Shown: positions 48,030-57,715 of the stretch, piece after piece | How the letters are laid out: each line of letters begins with the position of its first letter | Numbering within the stretch: the stretch's first letter is position 1 | IMG/VR virus record: IMGVR_UViG_3300008017_000012 | Source: a virus | Direction: 5' to 3' (one strand) | DNA length: 64,000 nucleotides | The notes under the pieces: generated by a model | Databases searched by the model: none | Told to the model about the DNA's origin: nothing | The model's input: the letters and a program-made list of their open reading frames with translations, nothing else | Program-made: the position numbers and the translations under genes

Positions 48030-48695
48030 TTAATTTCTTTTATAAAATTCTAAATTAGTAAAAGGCATTGTAACACTAAACTCTTGAACTTGTGAATCTG
48101 TTTCTTGATTAAGTGTAATTTCTGAAATATTTTTTGGCCAACAATTACTTGCTTTAACTGCATAAGTTTCACTATGAAAACTATCAAATTGAAAAATAGA
48201 TACTTCACCACTTAATGCTAATAAAGGTATTGATCCAATATCTTTTTGAGAATTAAAAATAGTTAATCTTTGCCATCTATTAAAAAGTGATCTTATATTA
48301 AAATCTACATCATTCCAAAAAGTTATAGACAATTCACCAAAGTTAATTTTATTAGATGGAATATGTAATATTAAACCTGCTCTTTCATACATATATTCAT
48401 CAATCTCCATAGAAGGAAAAGATGCGCTTTTAACAAGAACTTCTACTTCATTTTTCCAATCAGATTTAAGAATATCAGGAGGATTTATTTTTACTTTAAA
48501 TTGATTAGGTCTAGCTAAATCTCTGAATTTTGTTTTGAGAACATCAATATGAAAACTATCTTTGTTTGCACCTGAGCCACCAAGTTCAGAAATATTTTTA
48601 GGAAATAATTCATTTTCATAACCAGAACTGGGAGTTTTATAAAAATTAGGTTTTATTTTACCATTATCTGTAGCCATTATTTGCCTTGTTTCCAA
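48030..48695 (-). CDS. Tail tube family protein (gp54/gp19-like), paralog 2
   Basis: LARPNQFKV, KSASFPS, FGELSITF, FNRWQ, NCWPKNISEITL, FSVTM. Confidence 0.75.
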   Translation of the reverse strand: METRQIMATDNGKIKPNFYKTPSSGYENELFPKNISELGGSGANKDSFHIDVLKTKFRDLARPNQFKVKINPPDILKSDWKNEVEVLVKSASFPSMEIDEYMYERAGLILHIPSNKINFGELSITFWNDVDFNIRSLFNRWQRLTIFNSQKDIGSIPLLALSGEVSIFQFDSFHSETYAVKASNCWPKNISEITLNQETDSQVQEFSVTMPFTNLEFYKRN

Positions 48696-49201
48696 TGAGA
48701 ATATGCAAAATCAACAGTAAAAATTTCTACTTGATCACTTGAATTCATATCTAATTCTATTGCTGATATATTTTTTGGAAATATATTAAAAAAAGTATAA
48801 AATGCAAGAGCCATTTCATTATCCCCAACTTGATAAATTGTTATAGTTGCATCATCTATAACATCTATTCCATCCAATCTTGTGTTTTCAGAATTAACAA
48901 GTTGAATTTGTTCTATCCAGTTTTCAAAAAATAATCTAGGTTCCCAGCCATAATGATTTAAAAATGTTATTGATAAATCTTCATGTGTATAATCACCAGG
49001 AAGTTTTAAACTCATCCCGTGATATTTTATTTCTATCTCACCTAAACTTTTTTCAGGTATTTTTGCTGCTTGTGCCATATATGATAAAAATTCAATATCA
49101 TTTGGTACATCCACTGATGATGGCGGATATACTGCAACAATAAATCTATTAGGTTTGACTATTTGATATAATTTATTTTTAAACTCTGTTAATTTTATCA
49201 T
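48677..49201 (-). CDS. Tail tube protein (gp19-like), paralog 1
   Basis: KPNRF, AAKIPEKSLG, KLPGD, ITF, FENWIEQI, FPKNISAIELD, FTVDFAYSHW. Confidence 0.8.
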   Translation of the reverse strand: MIKLTEFKNKLYQIVKPNRFIVAVYPPSSVDVPNDIEFLSYMAQAAKIPEKSLGEIEIKYHGMSLKLPGDYTHEDLSITFLNHYGWEPRLFFENWIEQIQLVNSENTRLDGIDVIDDATITIYQVGDNEMALAFYTFFNIFPKNISAIELDMNSSDQVEIFTVDFAYSHWKQGK

Positions 49202-49211
49202 GTAAATCCAA

Positions 49212-49394
49212 TTATATAGGGGTAATACTGATAATCTTTTCTTTAAAAATAAGACATTTATTTAAAATTATACTATCTGAATAAAATGCTACAATTTTCC
49301 CTGAAAGCATTGCCCCACCTGTTAAAAATACTTTAAGTTCAGTTTTTTCTCTTTTGTGTTTTTCAAAAAAATCAACGCATTCCATGTTTTTCAT
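49212..49394 (-). CDS. Hfq/Sm-like protein, 60 aa
   Basis: FFEKHKREKTELKVFLTGGAMLSGKIVAFYSDSIIL...IFKEKIISITP aligns with Hfq [36 protein letters not shown]...VYKHAISTVVP. Confidence 0.65.
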   Translation of the reverse strand: MKNMECVDFFEKHKREKTELKVFLTGGAMLSGKIVAFYSDSIILNKCLIFKEKIISITPI

Positions 49395-49417
49395 TCCTTA
49401 TTGTGAAAGTTTATATT

Positions 49418-49425
49418 TATTTATA
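49418..49425 (-). promoter_or_regulatory. T4-type late promoter
   Basis: TATTTATA on + just upstream of the Hfq-like/tube gene run. Confidence 0.6.
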
Positions 49426-49426
49426 T

Positions 49427-49669
49427 CTATTTTGCTGCTTTCTTTTTTGTATTAACAATATTATCCAATTCTTTAAATACTTTTTGAAATTCTAAATTAA
49501 AAATATCTTTGCTTTTTGTCGCTTTTAATTCATTTCCTTTTGGAAAATGATTATTTATAATACTTAATAAAAAATTTTCAATATTAGAATCATTTGAAGT
49601 TAATATAGGATGTTTACGAAATTTTGTTCTCAGTTCGTTTAAAACTGTTTGATTTAATAAATTACTCAT
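49427..49669 (-). CDS. Hypothetical protein, 80 aa
   Basis: SD GGAG. Confidence 0.5.
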   Translation of the reverse strand: MSNLLNQTVLNELRTKFRKHPILTSNDSNIENFLLSIINNHFPKGNELKATKSKDIFNLEFQKVFKELDNIVNTKKKAAK

Positions 49670-49714
49670 TTATAACTCCTATATTAAATATCTTTTATTG
49701 TTATTTAGTAATAA

Positions 49715-49747
49715 AAAAACCCTATTGATTTTTTCAATAGGGTTTTT
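49715..49747. terminator. Intrinsic terminator hairpin
   Basis: AAAAACCCTATTGA-TTTTT-TCAATAGGGTTTTT. Confidence 0.8.
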
Positions 49748-49767
49748 AAAAACTATTATATATTTAC

Positions 49768-50118
49768 TTATTCAAAAAATTCACATGAGTCATTTAATTG
49801 TTTTGATATAGATGCTAAAATATATCCATGACAAGGTTTAGGAGCGCAATAACAAACTAAAATTTTATCATAAAGAGATTTAACTTTTTCTCTAAACCAC
49901 TTATCAGTATCCACTCTATTTTCTAAATATTTTAAATAACAATCTAATGTAGATCCGTTTGTTATATGTTTATTTCCACATATAAAACATTTTTTATTTT
50001 TGACAATAGTATTTCCAAAAATTCCAGGTCTACCTATATAAATATACCCATTTTGATCAATATCTTTTTTAAGGAAATTTATAGGAGCATCTTTAATATG
50101 GATAACATTCTTTTTCAT
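49768..50118 (-). CDS. DUF4326-family protein
   Basis: YIYIGRPGIFGN...LVCYCAPKPCHGYIL. Confidence 0.8.
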   Translation of the reverse strand: MKKNVIHIKDAPINFLKKDIDQNGYIYIGRPGIFGNTIVKNKKCFICGNKHITNGSTLDCYLKYLENRVDTDKWFREKVKSLYDKILVCYCAPKPCHGYILASISKQLNDSCEFFE

Positions 50119-50119
50119 A

Positions 50120-50404
50120 TCACTTCACAACATATTCAACATGATTAGATTTGATCGTAAAAATAGTTTCCGCATTAATATGGCGGTAACCTTTAGCATT
50201 TACATCAAAAACAGTTTTATATTTATTATCCATTTTTGGTTTTTGACGAACAGGATTAGGATTCAAATATTTTTTGACTCCAAAGCGGCAAGTCATATTT
50301 CGATTTGTACCGTCTTTTTTAATAAAACCAACAGAAAAGAAAGCTGTTTTAGGAATAAGATTGAGAACCATTGGAACTTCTTCTTGATTGATTTCAACTT
50401 TCAT
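50120..50404 (-). CDS. WYL_2/DUF2693-like small protein
   Basis: FSVGFIKKDGTNRNMTCR...VFDVNAKGYRHIN. Confidence 0.65.
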   Translation of the reverse strand: MKVEINQEEVPMVLNLIPKTAFFSVGFIKKDGTNRNMTCRFGVKKYLNPNPVRQKPKMDNKYKTVFDVNAKGYRHINAETIFTIKSNHVEYVVK

Positions 50405-50444
50405 TTGTTATCTCCTTTAGTTAGTTATTGTTACTTACAAAATA

Positions 50445-50473
50445 AAATTAACATATAACGGATTATATGTCAA
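50445..50473 (-). promoter_or_regulatory. Sigma70-type promoter
   Basis: TTGACA-N17-TAATTT. Confidence 0.55.
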
Positions 50474-50475
50474 TA

Positions 50476-50775
50476 TTAATGTTTAAATAAAATATGTTTT
50501 AATCCTTCTGGTAGTTCAATATGTAAAATTTCATGAGCATTCAGCATAGCATTTAAAACTTCTCGACTATTACCTGTTGTATTTCCCCATTTGCGCTGTA
50601 TTTGATTGTTTTTAATATTACCTGTGTCTTCAATCAATTCTATCATAACTCCATAAGAAAAAAGATTTTCGTTTAACATACGAAGATTTTTGATTCCTGC
50701 TAAAATAAATTCACTAGCATATTTTGTTTTCATAAAAAAATCTCCTGTAAAGTTGATTACGTTATGTAAATACAA
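50476..50775 (-). CDS. Hypothetical protein
   Basis: True start probably MKTKY, after the promoter at 50772-50800. Confidence 0.5.
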   Translation of the reverse strand: MYLHNVINFTGDFFMKTKYASEFILAGIKNLRMLNENLFSYGVMIELIEDTGNIKNNQIQRKWGNTTGNSREVLNAMLNAHEILHIELPEGLKHILFKH

Positions 50776-50800
50776 TACAAGAGATTTTGTTTTATGTCAA
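50772..50800 (-). promoter_or_regulatory. Sigma70-type promoter
   Basis: TTGACA-N17-TATTGT. Confidence 0.55.
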
Positions 50801-50848
50801 GAATTATTTTTTTTAATATATTATATATAATTTTTTAATTCATAATTT

Positions 50849-51721
50849 TTAATCCTCTGTTCTGATTTGTTTCTTATATATATTCATTTTTTTTAACTCT
50901 CTGCTTATTTTACCTTTTTTAAAATTTAATTGATTAGAAATATAAGGTACACTAAATCCTTCTTCATATAATTTTTTTATTAAAAATAATTGTTCATTGG
51001 TAATAGGAATATATCTAGCATTTAATTCCCCTGATCTTTCTAGACTCATTTTAGCTTTTATTTCGTCAGAATATTTTTTACCAAAGTTAGGATTTTTTTC
51101 ACCAAATAATCCTTTACCATACATAGGATTATTTTCCCCACGCATTTTATTTCTGCTTTCTTCAGACCATTTGTGACCAAAGTTAGGATTTTTTTCACCT
51201 TTTATTAAATAACCTTTATTTTTTAACCAATGGTTATCAGACATTTTTTGTTTTGTTTCCTCACTTCTTTTTGAACCAAGATTATTCTTAGACATTTTTT
51301 GTTTACAAATTAATGCTTTTTCTTCACCTAATCTTTCAACCCATGTTTTACCTTTAATAATATCAGATAATCTTTTTTTTACTTCATCTGAATGTGTTTT
51401 GCCATACATACCATTTTTTTCACCTCTTAATATTGGTGAATGACCTCCTTCTGATATATTATAACCTATTTTATTATCAGTAGAATTATAGTATGAAATA
51501 TAATATATCTCTTTTGTATTTAATTCATCAAAAGAATCAGCACGGTCTATCTCTTCAATGATGAAATTTTCAGCACCATATTTTTTAATGGCATTAGATA
51601 AATAATAATTATTTTTTCTAACACAGTGTTGGTAAAATCTTTTATGTATATTCTGTGTTGTTTGCCCAATATATATTTTATTATTTAAAACGTTTAATAT
51701 TTTGTAAATCACCCCATACAT
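50849..51721 (-). CDS. Free-standing GIY-YIG homing endonuclease with NUMOD3-like repeats (Seg-like)
   Basis: GVIYKILNVLNNKIYIGQT, E..YI, GYN; repeated GEKNP(N/M)(F/Y)G..HSEE motifs. Confidence 0.9.
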   Translation of the reverse strand: MYGVIYKILNVLNNKIYIGQTTQNIHKRFYQHCVRKNNYYLSNAIKKYGAENFIIEEIDRADSFDELNTKEIYYISYYNSTDNKIGYNISEGGHSPILRGEKNGMYGKTHSDEVKKRLSDIIKGKTWVERLGEEKALICKQKMSKNNLGSKRSEETKQKMSDNHWLKNKGYLIKGEKNPNFGHKWSEESRNKMRGENNPMYGKGLFGEKNPNFGKKYSDEIKAKMSLERSGELNARYIPITNEQLFLIKKLYEEGFSVPYISNQLNFKKGKISRELKKMNIYKKQIRTED

Positions 51722-52953
51722 TATAAAATCTCTATTTTTGTATTTTTAACATCATTAATATTTTTAACATTATAGCTCACTAATTTTTCTTCAATATCAT
51801 AACCAATATAATTATCAGAATATTGCAAATCTATTTTTATAGCATTTATATCTTTATCAGATATTACTAATAATAATTGTGCTGCTCTTGATGATAATTG
51901 TAAATCACTATTTGAATAATTATTCCCACCACACAAAGATGAACTTCTTGAATATGTATCACTTATCATAGTAGAATGAATATGACCAAAAACAATATAA
52001 TTAATTATTATATCTTGGTCAGCATATTTACCTTTAATTTCCATTATCTTTTTTTCAACATTACCTTTTCCTATTTGATTACCATGAAGAAATAAAATAT
52101 TATTATTATTAATTTTAACTATTTGTTCTACAGGATTATTTCCGATAAATTTAATATCACTTTTTTTAAACATTATTTTTAAAATTTCATAAACAGTATA
52201 ATCATGATTATTTGTCATAGATATTTCAGAACTACCGTATTCATCACTAATTCTTGATTCATTACCTGTCACCCCACAAATGGAAAGATTAAAATCTTCA
52301 TTTAATTCAATAATAACTTGTTCTAATAACATTGCTGTTAATAAGGTTGCTCTAGCTAAATTTGTTGCTTGATTTAATAATTCATCCATTCTTCTAGATG
52401 AATTTAAAAAATCCCCTAAACAAACAATTAAAACATTATTAATATTTTGGGATTTAAAATATTTTTTTGATTCAGTTACATATTTTTTTAATCTTTTTGA
52501 TGCAATATTAAAATCATATTTATTTGATGGAATATCAATAAGTTCATTCAAATGTAAATCTGATAAACAAAATACACCAGTTTTATTTTTATCTATTTCT
52601 TGGTGTGTAATAATAGGTGTTTTAAATTTTGTTTCTTGTAATTGATTTATAAGTTCATTAGTATAATCACTTAAACAATTTTCAACTCGAATTTGGTTTC
52701 TTATTTTACGTTCAATTCTTTGTTGATCCATTAAACGTTGTTTTTGTTTTTCTAATTTTGCTGTATATATTGGTAGGCGTTCATCTGGATCTATTATATT
52801 TTTTTCTTGTTCATTAATAATACTTTTACAAATTTTCAGAATATTTCTTGCAAGTTTTTCAGAAATTCCATATTTTTTTGCAGTAACATATCTTCCAACA
52901 TTAGGATTTTTAATAACATCATCCATAATATTTTTTTCTAAATTATTCATCAA
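51721..52953 (-). CDS. Calcineurin-like metallophosphoesterase with N-terminal HTH/coiled coil
   Basis: LSDLH, LGDFLN, GNES, LHG, FGHIH. Confidence 0.8.
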   Translation of the reverse strand: MMNNLEKNIMDDVIKNPNVGRYVTAKKYGISEKLARNILKICKSIINEQEKNIIDPDERLPIYTAKLEKQKQRLMDQQRIERKIRNQIRVENCLSDYTNELINQLQETKFKTPIITHQEIDKNKTGVFCLSDLHLNELIDIPSNKYDFNIASKRLKKYVTESKKYFKSQNINNVLIVCLGDFLNSSRRMDELLNQATNLARATLLTAMLLEQVIIELNEDFNLSICGVTGNESRISDEYGSSEISMTNNHDYTVYEILKIMFKKSDIKFIGNNPVEQIVKINNNNILFLHGNQIGKGNVEKKIMEIKGKYADQDIIINYIVFGHIHSTMISDTYSRSSSLCGGNNYSNSDLQLSSRAAQLLLVISDKDINAIKIDLQYSDNYIGYDIEEKLVSYNVKNINDVKNTKIEIL

Positions 52954-52970
52954 TTACCTCCAGTAATATA

Positions 52971-53408
52971 TTATTTTAAGAAAGATGGGCCTTTTTTCTT
53001 TTTGTACATATTGCTTTTTCTTCTTATATCAGCTGTATATCTATCTATTCCAAGTACATAATTCCATTTTTCTTGTGGTACTTCTTTAATTCCAGTAATA
53101 TTTTTAATAATATATTTTCTAACTGCTAGAATACCAGCTTTATATGGTCTTTTCTTTAACATAGTATAAACTAATTTAAATCTTTGTCTTTTCTTCCCTC
53201 TACCTATTGTTTTACCCATTATTTCTTGAAGATCTTCTAAAAATTTAAATTTATGATTTTTTGGTATCCAATGAACATTAACAGCAAGAAGATATGGTTC
53301 TTGAATGTCTAATACGAAAATTAAAGGATTTTTATCATATTCTTCTAATTTTCCTAGACCTTTAGGAGTGTATTTAAAGTTGTATAATTTTTCAGGATTA
53401 AGTTTCAT
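52971..53408 (-). CDS. DNA end protector-like protein (gp2-like)
   Basis: YDKNPLIFVL...LAVNVHWIP...YKAGILAVRKY resembles gp2. Confidence 0.6.
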   Translation of the reverse strand: MKLNPEKLYNFKYTPKGLGKLEEYDKNPLIFVLDIQEPYLLAVNVHWIPKNHKFKFLEDLQEIMGKTIGRGKKRQRFKLVYTMLKKRPYKAGILAVRKYIIKNITGIKEVPQEKWNYVLGIDRYTADIRRKSNMYKKKKGPSFLK

Positions 53409-53428
53409 TTAGGCTTATTCTATAAGAA

Positions 53429-53638
53429 TTATTGCTTATTTAATTGAAGTATTTTATTTTGAACAGATTGAATGTTGAAACATTTATGCCCAGAAAAATC
53501 ATTTTCATACCGGATTAAAAAATCAAGAAATGCTTTTTCTTCTGTTTCACCTTCACCATATAATTCTTTGATTTCATCAACAAAAACATAATAAAGTTTC
53601 TCATCATAATCAAATGTTATTTTTATTTTTAAATTCAT
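53429..53638 (-). CDS. HicB-like small protein
   Basis: YYVFVDEIKELYGEGETEEKAF matches the HicB N-terminal fold pattern. Confidence 0.55.
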   Translation of the reverse strand: MNLKIKITFDYDEKLYYVFVDEIKELYGEGETEEKAFLDFLIRYENDFSGHKCFNIQSVQNKILQLNKQ

Positions 53639-53693
53639 TAATTACCTCAAATATTTTATAATACTCAGCCAATGTATTAGTATTTAGTAGAAT

Positions 53694-55418
53694 TTATTCA
53701 AGAACAAAAACTAAATTACCACAATCCCATATTCTTCTGAAATTATTGTTAAACATATTTTCACTTTCAGTTAAAGAAGGATCAAAATTTTTCAATAAAT
53801 TTTTTAATTTATGTTTTTGGAAATTTATTCTAGATTGTAAAATTAATCTATTTTTATGATGATTCATGTCTATATAAAAATAATTTGGCTTTGATTCATG
53901 TAATTCAATAAACCCATTTTTCCTATATAAATTACCATTAGATATTCTTCTATCAGCATAAGTTATAATTGAACCTACATTATTTTTTCTAAAATGCTTT
54001 AAAAGTTTTGAAAACCCACCTACAACATTTATATTTAGTTTGTTAGCAAATCTAGTGATTTCCCAATCATATTTTTTATTATATCTTGATTTTGATAAAG
54101 TTAATGAACATATTAATTCGTTGTTATAAAAAAGTCCATAACATTCAGAAGAAGGTATAAATCCTTGTAAATGATTATTATTCATAAATTCTTTAATATT
54201 TTTGCTATCTACTTTTCTTAATTCACATTTTCTAGCATAAATAGTTTTATTAAGACCTATTTTTGAATTTATTATTGATTTCCAAATTTTTTGTTTTTTC
54301 TCATCAATCCATTCATTTTCAAAAATATGAAGTAACTGAATCCCCATTTTTTCACACATTAATGTTTTATTTAAGTGATACTTTTTATCTTCTTTTAAAT
54401 AATTATTAAGAAGTGAAGATGCACCTTTTCCATAACTATGATATAAAATTCCATCATATTCTATAGCTATTTTTTTATTTTTAATGAAAATATCAAGTTC
54501 ATAAGGACTAATTATTGTCCTACTGTTTTTAATTATATCTTTTTCTAAAGTACAAATATATTCAAATAATTCTAATTCAGCTTGAGGAATGTTAACAGGG
54601 TAACAATCAATACATCTAGTGATATTAATAGAATGTCTAAAAAATTCTTTGTTGCATTTATTACATAGATATTTCATCTCTGATTTTTTTAAATGATAAT
54701 CATTTTCCGTAAATAATGGGGTACTTCCTTCATAATGATAACATCCCCTATTAAAATCACTTTTGAATTTCTTTTTTTTATGATTACTTTGTCTTTCTAA
54801 AACTTTTCCAGGATATTTCTCATCATTATTTTTTTTAGTTTGTTTAATTTTTTCAATTATTTCAGAATTTTTATAAGGATTATTTACTCCATATTTTTCT
54901 ATAAAAGTTTTTTCAGCTTTAACTTTATATTTTTTATCTTGAAGAAGATAAGGAATACCATATTTTTCAATATTAGTTTGTTCTCTTTTAGTAAGAATTT
55001 CTTCTTTTTTTTCTTTTGTATAATTTAATTTTATTTCAGAAATTTTCTTTTTACCTTCTTCTGTACAAGTCCAATTATCAGCCCCATATTTTTCAATATT
55101 AGTTTTTTTAATTTTTTCTTTTCTTTTAGGATTTCTTGCAGCACAACTAGTTGAACAACATTCTTTCTTAAGTGGAATAACAATTTTGCATACAGGACAT
55201 ATATGTTGTTCTGTTAAATCTAATAAAATATGTCTGAGTTTTTCGCAATAAGAAATATTACCTTTAAAATTTTTACAATGAAAATCTATAGATTCTTTGA
55301 GTAAAGAATCGTTATTTATCCAGCTTTCAGTTTTAGGTACTAAATTTGTTGAATTAGGTCGAATTTTATGACTTACATATTTTTTTATTTCATCTTTTGT
55401 TAAAACCATTATATTCAC
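53694..55418 (-). CDS. Hef-like homing endonuclease (PD-(D/E)xK/Vsr-like)
   Basis: T.IEKYG repeats; YELDIFI...AIEYDGILYH; GIQLLHIFENEW; GGFSKLL...TYADRR; RIWDCG; directly downstream of gp23. Confidence 0.8.
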   Translation of the reverse strand: MNIMVLTKDEIKKYVSHKIRPNSTNLVPKTESWINNDSLLKESIDFHCKNFKGNISYCEKLRHILLDLTEQHICPVCKIVIPLKKECCSTSCAARNPKRKEKIKKTNIEKYGADNWTCTEEGKKKISEIKLNYTKEKKEEILTKREQTNIEKYGIPYLLQDKKYKVKAEKTFIEKYGVNNPYKNSEIIEKIKQTKKNNDEKYPGKVLERQSNHKKKKFKSDFNRGCYHYEGSTPLFTENDYHLKKSEMKYLCNKCNKEFFRHSINITRCIDCYPVNIPQAELELFEYICTLEKDIIKNSRTIISPYELDIFIKNKKIAIEYDGILYHSYGKGASSLLNNYLKEDKKYHLNKTLMCEKMGIQLLHIFENEWIDEKKQKIWKSIINSKIGLNKTIYARKCELRKVDSKNIKEFMNNNHLQGFIPSSECYGLFYNNELICSLTLSKSRYNKKYDWEITRFANKLNINVVGGFSKLLKHFRKNNVGSIITYADRRISNGNLYRKNGFIELHESKPNYFYIDMNHHKNRLILQSRINFQKHKLKNLLKNFDPSLTESENMFNNNFRRIWDCGNLVFVLE

Positions 55419-55474
55419 TCCTTATTTCTTTAATTATACATTAATTAGGGGTAAAAGTAAAGAGATTATATAAT

Positions 55475-55508
55475 AAAAAAGCTCCTAGAAATTAATCTAG
55501 GAGCTTTT
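55475..55508 (-). terminator. Terminator of the major capsid gene
   Basis: AAAAGCTCCTAGA-N6-TCTAGGAGCTTTT with a U-tract on the minus strand. Confidence 0.85.
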
Positions 55509-55531
55509 GAATTTTACTTAATCAATTAAGA

Positions 55532-56971
55532 TTAAGCAGTCCAGATGCCGTTGCCGCCAAGAGCGGAACCGGTGAAGTCTACTGGAATATAACGTTGATA
55601 ATTTTCTGTTCCAAATAGATTCCCTGTGATTGCATCTCTTGTCATGAATCCAATACGAGGCTGGAAAGTACTTGGATCAATTACTTTCTGCATCATTAGA
55701 GGAATATAAGGACAATAAATTATACCTGCATCTAATTCACTAGTACCTTTATAAAGCACAGTTACATAATCACTAGTAGCGAAAGTATCAAGATAGACAG
55801 TAAAGCGGCCATCAAGAGTACCAACTTTAGCAATACCAAGAGTAGGTTTAACAGTACCAGGAACAGCTGAATACATAAAGCCTTGAAGAGACTCAAGAGC
55901 AGATACAACATTTGAAGAACAAATGAGGATATTAGCAGTACCACGGCGAGTAGTTAGTGCAACTTTGTTAGCTTCAGAAAGAATTCTGGTGTATAGAGTA
56001 CGAAGTTTTTCACCTTCCCACCGACCATCAGAAGTATTGAAAGCAACAGTTGAGGTAGAACCAGGAGCATTACCATAAGACCAAGTAGGAGTTTGAGTAG
56101 CTTTAGTATTGATAAGATCAACTAATTCACGATCTAGTTCAGCAGAAATTTCATATTCAAGAATATTAATAAGTTCTGCTTCGGCATCAAGACCATGAAC
56201 ATTTTTTAAATCTTGTGCTAATTCAAGAGTGTACTCTGCTTTTAATTTACGTGTTTGAGCTTCAATTTGAATCCGCTCAACAGTCATTTTCATTGACTTC
56301 ATGGTTGTTTTGTCAAGAACTTCACCAGCAGCAGTAGTAACCCGAGGAATGTAATTTTTGAAGATTAGGTTGTACCCAGCTTCATTGTTGAACAGAGCCA
56401 CAATAGTGAAAATTGCGCCACCAGTAGTTGCACCAGTTGCACCAACAGTGAATAGAGCAGCAGCTGAAGCAGCAGGAGTTGAAATAATAGCTTTACCTAG
56501 TTCAGAATATACAACAGGTAGTGTAACAAGTTGACCAGCAATTTCAATCACATCAGTACTGAAAACGAAAGAGGGATCATCAGCTAGAATAGCAAAAGAA
56601 CCAAACGTTGCGGCAGCAGCTTCGCCACGAGTAGAAAGACCACGATCAACAGTAGAACCAGTTAGGGCACTATTTTGTGCATCAGTACCAGCATAAGCAT
56701 AACGAAGAGCGTATGCATAGCCAGTTGGTTGTTGCATAGGTTGTACTGCAACTAATTCATTAGCAATAAGATTGGGGAAAATACGGCGAACAGCAGGAAC
56801 AAGAATAGGGGTATACTGTGCCATATCAGCAGCAGCTTGACTATTCTCATTTAGATAACTTTCTTCATTTTCTAAAAGACGTGCCATTCCTTCTTTGTTT
56901 GAAACAACAGGGGCTTTTTCTGTATCAATAATTTCGCCCCATTTTTCAACTAACATATTTTTTTCTTCCAT
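55532..56971 (-). CDS. Major capsid protein (gp23)
   Basis: PILVPAVRRIFPNLIANELVAVQPMQQPTG, RKLKAEYTLELAQDLKNVHGLDAEAEL, YCPYIPL, DPSTFQPRIGFMTR. Confidence 0.97.
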   Translation of the reverse strand: MEEKNMLVEKWGEIIDTEKAPVVSNKEGMARLLENEESYLNENSQAAADMAQYTPILVPAVRRIFPNLIANELVAVQPMQQPTGYAYALRYAYAGTDAQNSALTGSTVDRGLSTRGEAAAATFGSFAILADDPSFVFSTDVIEIAGQLVTLPVVYSELGKAIISTPAASAAALFTVGATGATTGGAIFTIVALFNNEAGYNLIFKNYIPRVTTAAGEVLDKTTMKSMKMTVERIQIEAQTRKLKAEYTLELAQDLKNVHGLDAEAELINILEYEISAELDRELVDLINTKATQTPTWSYGNAPGSTSTVAFNTSDGRWEGEKLRTLYTRILSEANKVALTTRRGTANILICSSNVVSALESLQGFMYSAVPGTVKPTLGIAKVGTLDGRFTVYLDTFATSDYVTVLYKGTSELDAGIIYCPYIPLMMQKVIDPSTFQPRIGFMTRDAITGNLFGTENYQRYIPVDFTGSALGGNGIWTA

Positions 56972-56998
56972 TTATAAATCTCCTTTTTCTATGTGTTG

Positions 56999-57715
56999 TT
57001 ATTTAAGATATTTAAGATATTGTGAAACAGATGTTTTTTTATTTTCAACTGGTACTTCTTCAACATTTTCATTTAATTTACTAACTTCTTCATCATCATC
57101 TGATTTACTTTCAGTGATAATTTTTTCCATAATAGTTTTTACTTTAGTTTCAAAAATTTCAAGAGTTTCAAAATCAAGTTTTTTTGTTGTCTCAATAAGT
57201 TGTTCAATTTGAAGATCAGTAGCACCAACAGAAGCTTCGCTAATAATAGCAGCACGTTTTATATCTTCATTTTCTTTTTTTGATTCAATTAAATTATTAG
57301 TGAGTTTATTACATTCAGTTTTCAATTTTTCAATTTCATCTTCTGCATCAATAGATTCATCAGATAAGGAAATATTAAATGCTTCTACCATTTGATTGAA
57401 ATTTCTTAAAACTTTTTCTGCAAGTTTTACTTTTGAAAAATCTTCAACTACAACTTCATTTTCCTTAATATAATCTTTGACAAAATAATCCATATAATCA
57501 TCAATTTGTTCTACGAGATCAGCTTTAAATACTGTAAGATCCGCAGCATTAGCCTCCTCTAATTCTTTTTCTTTTTTTTCTACTGCTTCATTTACAGCAG
57601 ATTCAAAAAGAGTTTGCATTTTTAGTTGTACATCCTCTGTGAAAATTTCTTTATCCATTGATTCAAAAATCATTTTTAAAGAATCTTTTTCTTCATTTAA
57701 CTTATCATCTTCCAT
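56999..57715 (-). CDS. Prohead core scaffold (gp22)
   Basis: Acidic coiled coil, IDDYMDYFV..YIKENEV; between gp21 and gp23. Confidence 0.88.
   Translation of the reverse strand: MEDDKLNEEKDSLKMIFESMDKEIFTEDVQLKMQTLFESAVNEAVEKKEKELEEANAADLTVFKADLVEQIDDYMDYFVKDYIKENEVVVEDFSKVKLAEKVLRNFNQMVEAFNISLSDESIDAEDEIEKLKTECNKLTNNLIESKKENEDIKRAAIISEASVGATDLQIEQLIETTKKLDFETLEIFETKVKTIMEKIITESKSDDDEEVSKLNENVEEVPVENKKTSVSQYLKYLK

Noticed and set aside
50849-55418. Group I introns hosting the homing endonucleases
   Set aside because: The flanking genes (gp23, metallophosphoesterase) are complete and uninterrupted, and the nucleases have their own starts, so they are free-standing.
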